Source of the DNA: Macrostomum lignano
Lineage: Eukaryota
NCBI GenBank assembly: GCA_002269645.1
Contig: NIVC01000084.1
Span: 186,001 to 250,000 of the forward strand
Direction: 5' to 3'
Length of the DNA stretch: 64,000 bases
Shown in pieces: positions 56,241-64,000 of the stretch; the first letter of the stretch is position 1; each line of letters begins with the position of its first letter. The translations under genes were made by a program, and so were the position numbers. Below the pieces are notes generated by a model that was not told the origin of the DNA, made no database searches, and saw nothing but the letters and a program-made list of their open reading frames with translations.

Positions 56241-59125
56241 GCAGTCGAGCTGTCGGGTTTATAATGTTTTGTTTCTATGCTTTCAATTTAGGTTGAGTTC
56301 AGAGCTACCAGCTGTTATAACTCTGCCGTCTGTTCTACTGCGCGCAACAAAATAATCAGCGTTGCTTTTTTATTCAAATACGGTCAGTTCGTGCAGAAGT
56401 CGCTCGGCCAGCCAATGGCGGAAAAGTGCTAAGGCTGGACAGAATTACCAGCGCCTATCTTAGCCCCTGTTGTGGCCTGAGCAAGGTCTCTTATAATCGT
56501 TATCTAGCGGTCTTTTCTACCGCGCCGGTGAATGCTGTTGGTGGGTTTTATTTGTTTTGCTTGAACACCTGGCAAATTTTATTCTTGAACGCGCAGCTTT
56601 GCTTTGTCGTGTTTTTTAGTACAATTCATGTAATTCAAACCCCATAGGGAAGGCTTTTTTAGTTGAACAGAATTTTGATCCTGACCGACACTAGGCTATT
56701 GGGAACTTTGGCTAAACATTCCTGCAGACCGACCTCCAGTGCTAAGTCGCTTAATTAATTCGTACCTAAGTTAAATACGATCTACTCGTGCGATTATTTA
56801 CTCAGCCTAAAATAATTTAATGTCCGAATCAGCAATGCAGCCAGAAACCAATCGTGGAACCATGCAGAGTCAGTCAAAACAGAAACAAAGTGGAAAGCAA
56901 ATAATTTGCTATGTTTGCTATGTTGACTTGCCAGAAAGTAAGAATGCAACTTCTTATAGTCGATTAATGTGCGAGTAGCTGTTTTAGTTGTTTTGGGATC
57001 GACCGGCAGAGCCACACCTCGCTTCAAATGAGTTTAAATACCAATCAGATTTGATGTCTATCGCCGTAATAGTATATGTGATATGTGATCTTCTGCTTTT
57101 TATTTTCTCTTGTCAAATACGAGCGTAGTAGTGTGTAGTGTAAAATACAAATCTCGAACAGTGTAAATAGTAATATAGCATTTTTCAAGCCAGTTGAGCC
57201 TAGGAGCAAGCAATTTAATCCTTAGTGGGAAAATCAAACTATTGAAGACTTGCTTTTCATCGTCTATGGCCCGAAAGGGCCGGGGTCTGTGGAGCAACCA
57301 ATTTGAGAATATGGGTGCGCAATTAATCCTTTTCACAGTGCTCCTATATCCTTCACGAATAAGTTCACTGAAAAAAACGTCTGCAAATAGATGAATATCA
57401 AAAAGTGATTGACATAAGTGCTTTGATTTCGGAGAAACCAATCAAAACAGGCCCGTGATTTCATAGCGACGCCTGATAGAATACAGAGTTTTTCTCTTTT
57501 CAATTGGCTTTAAAAATGCTATAGTATTCGTAGGAGATCTGCGGGAACCCTGGACTCATACACACGCTCACGCAGGGTGTACAGGGGCCCTGACTTTCTA
57601 ATAGTCAGACATGTACACTCTCTGTCCTGTGGGCCACTTATAGGTGTGAACAACCAGTCCGAGTCACGCGTTTTACCGCTGTGACCGTTGTACTCTGTCT
57701 ATACATGCTGGTTACTTAAATTGTCGTGTCTTATGCATGGCGTCTGAATTTTGCAAAAGCCTTTTGAATGAAAAGAACCTGAGAAAACCTGTAGGAACAA
57801 TAAAAAACCTGCAAGTATATGTTTTACGCTACGTATGACTTCCAGAATTTTGCGCTAAAACCCAATTTTATGCCCAAATTTCGCTTCTGCAAAAATCACT
57901 CTAATGATTAGAATTTTGGGTTGTCAGTTTTTTATAATCAAATTAAATCGAGGTTTTCATCTATTGTTGGTCTCTTAAGACTACCATAGGCATCCTTGAC
58001 ATTAAACTGAACAGACGGTGCGCCAGGTGCTTTAGGGGTGTTAGGCACCATAATAATTTCTGCAGCGCCCTTATCAGCTAGACCTGAATTTCATTTCCGG
58101 GTGTGCGGCCATTCTGGGCCCCGGATAAATTATGGGTTAAAACTACTGACTACTAAATACAATTCTGTCAGTTGCTGCCGTCAAAGCAGCAAAACAAACT
58201 CTCTGGTTTGAGTTTAGTTGAAATAAAAAGATAAAAAAATCTCAATCTCGCCTTTATCTCTTCTTCAAGCACAAAATCACGTCTGACATGTCACAGAAAT
58301 TTGACTGCTTGTTTTGCCCTGGGTCTCAAACTAGCTCTACGAAAAGACACAGGGTTTGCTTTCTCCTTCTGTGAGTTTGCCGTTGCAGGTACTCAGCTTA
58401 AGAGATCGAGGCTTCTTATTTTTTCTATTCAGCATAGTGGCAATGTAAACAGCAACTTGTCAGTGTTTGGCACGCGTCTGTCCCTGGTCCATCTTTTCTA
58501 TAGGCTTTATAGATGAAAAATCTAATTATAAGGCGAGAGTCTGACTGTCTCAAGTGTAGATCGCTTTGAGTATTTTTGTTTAATAATGTTCGAATTTTAT
58601 ATATCCTAGCTAATGCCCTACGTAATTCCATCTATGCATAGAAAAGCTATGAGTATTTAGCTTTGATTTCTTTCCTTCCGAGGATAAGTTTTTTTGCTTT
58701 TTGCACTACTGGCAGAAATAATTGTAAGATTTTTTAAGTATATCTTCAACATTGTGCAATAAGAATAAGTATATAATATTGTTTCTTCACGATTATAAAG
58801 AGAGACAACTTTTTATTTATAAAAGTCGCAAGAAAAACACGATTAGTTAACTCTTTGAAAAAACTAATTTTACATCATTCTGTTGGTCACTTATCACCAG
58901 AAAAAAGTTGGTATACATGTACATGATGGTGTACGAGTTAACTGTACATAGCGATCGAATGGCCACAATTAGGGTGCGGTCCCAGTAACTATTCGGCTCC
59001 ATACTCCAATGAAATGACGTCACTAAAGATTACCGTGATTCACCAATAAAATTCCCGACTTTACACCCGGATTTGCCCCTTATGTTGTTAGACAAATTGA
59101 GTGCACCAAACAAGCAACACTCAAA

Positions 59126-60777
59126 TCAGTCTCTGCCTCCAGACGGAGCCAGCACGCAGTCGGCGGTAGCAAACGCCGATTTAGTCGGAGATTTCGCCAG
59201 CTCAGATCGGGTCTTTATCTTCGCAGGCGCCTGCTGTCGCTTCAAGGCATGGTCGCCACCGCCGCCGGCAGTCTTGTAGCTGAGCTTCCACAGTCTTGGC
59301 GGGCGCTTCTTCACCAGCTTTCCAAACAGGTCCGGCTGCATGTCAGCCGTGATCACCTCGGCGGAGTCCGGGTCCAGTTCGTCAACGAGAGCCGTTGGTT
59401 TCGACAAACGCGTCGGCGGGTATCTTTTGTAGCCCGGCGGCGGCTTGATTCGGCCGACAGCGTCCAGGGACGGCCGACGAACTGACGACAAGCCGGCGAG
59501 TTGCGCCGCCGTTCGGGACTCGAAGCGGCGCATCTGGGCGAGCTGTCGGCTCCGTTTCTGCCGCCCAACTCCAGAGGATTCGAGATAGCTGCAAAAAGTA
59601 GTTGAGAGCAGTTGCTCTATGCGGCAGTATCAGCTGTCGAAAATCGAAAATAATTTACCTGACTATCCCCAGGGGGCTCCCCAGGGGGCTCATTGTCTAG
59701 TCCGCATATGCTAAAATGGTTTCATTTTTTTAATATTGCAAATCATTCAATCTCGTACATGTATATGATCCTCACTTATTGAACTATTATCCAAGTCGTT
59801 CAAAATTTCTAATCTTCCTGTTCACTTGCTCCATGCATACATCGATCAATGGCATGCAACAATAGTTTAACTGTAGAGAACTATAGAGAATTTATTATAG
59901 AGAGCTATAATGTTCTTTCACAGTGTGGCATCAAATAAACAGTAAGAGTTTTTTTCCCTTCTCACAAAGCCTGCATATCTCTTTTCGTCGCTTTGTACAT
60001 AAGTCTCTAGCTGATGCACGTTTTAGTCTAAAGCTGTCTTAGTACTATTTTTGTAAGTCTTATTATTGTCTTAGTGTCTTAATTAGATACCCTAGTACGA
60101 GCTTTGTCTTATTGTCTTCTTTTTTACTGTCTGTCGTTGCAGAAGGCCTTCTTGAGATTTCATTGAGCTTGCTAATGCATACGAGATGTGGCCATTGGTG
60201 GTGATCCGACCATAAATTATCGTTAACCTTCTCAGTGAGGCTTCTTTGTCTATCAAAAGACACTTTTTGGTCTTAAATCTGCGTGCCTAACGCCATGCAG
60301 CACTTACTCGCCGAGCGAACTGACGCCCATGCGGCTTGGCGGTGGCACTCTGAACGGGTAGCACTCGGCAATGGCGGCGGTTCGACGGCCTCGTTCGGAC
60401 CCGACACTCGACAGATCGAGTCCCAGATCGGTGCTGAAATTGCGCCAAACTCGAAAGTCGTCGCACTCGATGCCTTCCCTTATGTCGCTGGTCTCCAGAT
60501 CGTTGTCGAATGGCAGGTGACAGGCTTGCAGCCACAACTGCTTGTAAGCTTCGTCAGCGTTAGCGGATTTTCGGAACTGCTCAATCGAGCGATGCGTCGA
60601 CCTGTTCATCTGCTGATCTGAGCGCACTGATGCGGATGCAGGCGCATTACCGAATGCCCTTGGATGCTGTGGCGGCGGCGGTAGCGGAGCCAGGTAGCGA
60701 CTGTTTGCACCTTGACTGCGTTGGGGAAACATTGTCATCAACTGTTGGGAGTCGCTGCCATTTTGCCTGCTCTTCAT
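59126..60777 (-). CDS. TEX52-like (testis-expressed protein 52 family), 2 exons
   Basis: Exon 1 60777-60308 (GTAAGT donor) and exon 2 59588-59126, phase 2 consistent. DDFRVWRNF, PFRVPPPSRMG and RRPSLDAVGRIKPPPGYKRY resemble TEX52 motifs (DSNVWRW, PIPPPSWMG, APPLDAQGNIQPPASFKKY). Confidence 0.6.
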
Positions 60778-61239
60778 AACGACGCAGTCAGCTAAACAGA
60801 ACAATAAAGCGTTTGCTTTTTAAACTGGTGAACTTGCGGCTTGCCTGAAGCGAGAAGTCGGAGCTGCAAGACGTTTTGAATGCGATACACGAACTGCCCT
60901 ACCCTGCCCCCGCCACTGTACACTTCTATTCCATTTTCCAACTTCCTCAAAAAGAAGAATAATAGGCCTTAGTGACGGAGGGAGAAGAGGGAACATTGCT
61001 TACCCACCTCGTTAGCAACGTGCGCTCACTGCTTAGAATAACTCTCCGTCCCTCTACTCACAACTCCCCATCACCTACATGTACTGAGCAACCGCACTGT
61101 TCATGCCATGCGCATTTCTATCCAGCTTTTTATGATCGTTTACGGAACCACCATGTACATTGAAGAAATCACCTGTTTGTTGTTATATCAATTGGCTAAA
61201 GTCTGAAATGAATTTTGCCGTTTTTGAGTTAGCTTTCTT

Positions 61240-61615
<376 letters not shown>

Positions 61616-61617
<2 letters not shown>

Positions 61618-63349
61618 ATAGCATGGCATCGGCTGACATGGAGGTCGCAGCTGCGGCTGCTTGACTCTCCGCTGTCGCAGGCGCTGTCGTCACCGCCGCC
61701 GCGGCCGTGGCATTAGCGGAGTTCTCAGTGCTGTCGTTTCGCCTTGACGTCAGGTAGATATAGACAAACTCGACAATTTCAACGGCGACAGCGCAAGTGA
61801 GGCCGATGGTTAGGGAGCAGAGCCCGCCAATCTGAGACATCAGGGCATTCAATGTCAGCACCTGCTTCTCCTCCTTTAGAATTAGGTTGTCGCCCTTTCG
61901 TTTCAGCAAAACGTACGCAAAACTCTTCGATTCCAACATGCGATCGTTGTTTTGAGCAGTCGAAGTCAGGTTGTCTTCCTCTAGGTAGCGCAGTAGACGC
62001 TGCTTGACGTTGTCAAAATTCTTACGCCATCCCGGTGATCGAGAGTCTTCAGGCGTTGTCTCTCTTGCCTCGATTAGCTTCACCAGAGTTTCAATATCGT
62101 TCACGTACCTGCCTGACCAGTCTACCTGCCAGTCTGTGGCGCCCCACTCGGTCACAGAGATCTTCGTTTCGTATTCGAACAGCACGCAACGTGATAGGCA
62201 AGGCGGCTCAGGTCGACTCATGATTTCGCCGACGCAGCTAACACGGTCTATGAAGTCTTTGAAGGTTTTGTTGAAGGCCTCGCTGAAAGCGGCACAGTAG
62301 GCATTCTCCTTGGTGGGCACTCGGGGCCTGGGGTAGCCCGGCACGCCCAGGATGCAGTTGCAGTTCTCCATCACTAGTTGCTGCCTGTTGAGCTTAATGC
62401 ACTCTTTTTGGGAGTAGTCAAAGTTTCGACCTAGATCCATGTAGGACTCACCCTCGCCCTCGATGCACGGATTCACGGGCGTGTTGCTGCGGTTCCAGAT
62501 AGTCGGTGTGTAGGCCAGTTCAGTCATTTTTCCCGCCTCAATGTTCATGCCTTGATGTTCGACATCTGGATAGCGGTTCGGTTCATGGATCACCACGCGC
62601 AGACCCGCTGCCTGATCAAAGACGTCGTTAAGAAAGCCCTGCTGATGATTGGCGTAGTCGGGCTTGGGTCCCAGGTCAACAGCCAGTCCAAGGGAGTAGG
62701 TTTCTAGAGAGGTTTTCTGTTCTCTTGGCTCTACGGTGTAGCAGTTTAGGTGCTTGGGATGCGAAAAAAGTTTTATATCGAAGCCGTGCTCGCTGAGGTC
62801 GCAGGGATCTTTGAAGTAGATAACGCCCATTTGACGGACAATGCACTTTCGAATAACGCTCTGTGCGTGACTGAGCCTGATGATGCTCTCGTAAGGAATG
62901 TTCTGATAGTAAACCTCAACAGAGTCGTAGTACAGGGCATATTCTATGGGGTCCATGTTATCTTTGCTAATAGCTGAGAAATCGCCAGTCCTATTGATCG
63001 CTTTCAACGCGAGATCGCGCAGTAATCGGTTGTAGCTTCTCGGCGACATCACCGATTTGTTGGACCACAACGGGAAAGCGCTTCGCGAGAACGGCTGGTG
63101 CAGGCACACCGTTATAGCTGGAAACTTTGAATTGAACTTCTGCTTGTCGGAAATATGCACTATGACGTCATAGTTGAGATAGCGATGGACAGAGAAGGAC
63201 ACGGAAACTATTAACGCCAGACTCATTCCAACGACAAATGCGAGCCACATTTTGCGTAGAAATTTTGATGACGAGCGAGCAATCTTTGGCATTCCTCGGA
63301 TCGAGCTGCACTCGCAGAACAGCATGACGCCGTTCTTGCGCCGCTCCAT
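61616..63349 (-). CDS. Intronless DEG/ENaC (ASIC/FaNaC-related) channel subunit, 577 aa
   Basis: TM1, FPAITVC, F.HP.HLNCYT, GLRVVIHEP, Cys-rich thumb, TM2 LMSQIGGLCSLTIGLT..VEIVEF. Confidence 0.93.
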
Positions 63350-64000
63350 GCCGCCACCTGAGGGGAAGGGGTCGTGTCCGGGATGCTTGCAACTTTTTAA
63401 ATTGCATGGCTCAGCAAATGCAATTCTATCACTGTGATTGATATTTTGACTGAAAGTACATACGAAATCTTGAAAGCGTGTACTTGTATTTTATCCTGTT
63501 CAAATACCCGGTAGGCGTCAATGACGTCAATATGCTTCAATTCTTTAGAATCATTGTAAGTTGGGACACAGCATCTGTAAAGCCTTCTTTGTTATTAACA
63601 GTATTATACATCACAGTTGTTATTCCCTTGTTCCGCTGCTATTGAAATACATTTACTAAAATTTGACAAAAACCCAATGGCAATGCTTTTATTAACGACT
63701 CAAGTATGTCATTTACAGAACCAGCGAGAGCGCGTAGCATAACTGAACTGATTTATTACGGCAATTAAAAGCAAGCGCTGCATTAACTGATTGAGTTTAC
63801 TGCAGACGGGGATGTGCTAATGCACTATAGAGTTATAAGTCTGGTAAAAGTTCAAGATGCCGGCCGTATCTGAGCTGATCTGACTTCTTGAAATGCGAAA
63901 TGCAAAATGCAAAAAAGGTGCCAAACATTGATAACGGAAGGTAGAATTTTTAAATTTCCTGTTTAAAAAAACGGTGTTAGAAGCAAGGCACAATTAACAG

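Overview
Eukaryotic (metazoan) genomic DNA with GT-AG introns and very dense tandem repeats. The style (GC-rich exons, satellite-filled introns) suggests a flatworm such as Macrostomum lignano; this is inference, not a database match. Host genes reconstructed by hand: a 5'-truncated vWA/DUF4537 (VWA3B/C11orf16-like) gene (+), a multi-exon GABA-B-like class C GPCR (-), an intronless non-alpha nAChR subunit (+), a C5orf34-like gene (+), an intronless FMRFamide-receptor-like GPCR (-), a 2-exon TEX52-like gene (-) and an intronless DEG/ENaC subunit (-). Mobile DNA: (1) a complete, apparently very young 10.2-kb Ty3/Gypsy element (989-bp LTRs with no differences seen, ATTG TSD, intact gag and pol) carrying an extra non-env ORF, a 5x41-bp hairpin array, a +1 gag/pol phase and no canonical PPT; (2) a mariner whose right TIR is split by a 3.27-kb Crypton-like insertion that encodes a catalytically deleted tyrosine-recombinase-like ORF flanked by palindromic motifs; (3) two more mariner remnants, a hAT MITE with 8-bp TSD, another MITE and a non-LTR RT relic. 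Most long ORFs in the supplied track are artefacts of satellites or antisense shadows. Homology calls rest on motif recognition from memory and need HMM/BLAST confirmation.
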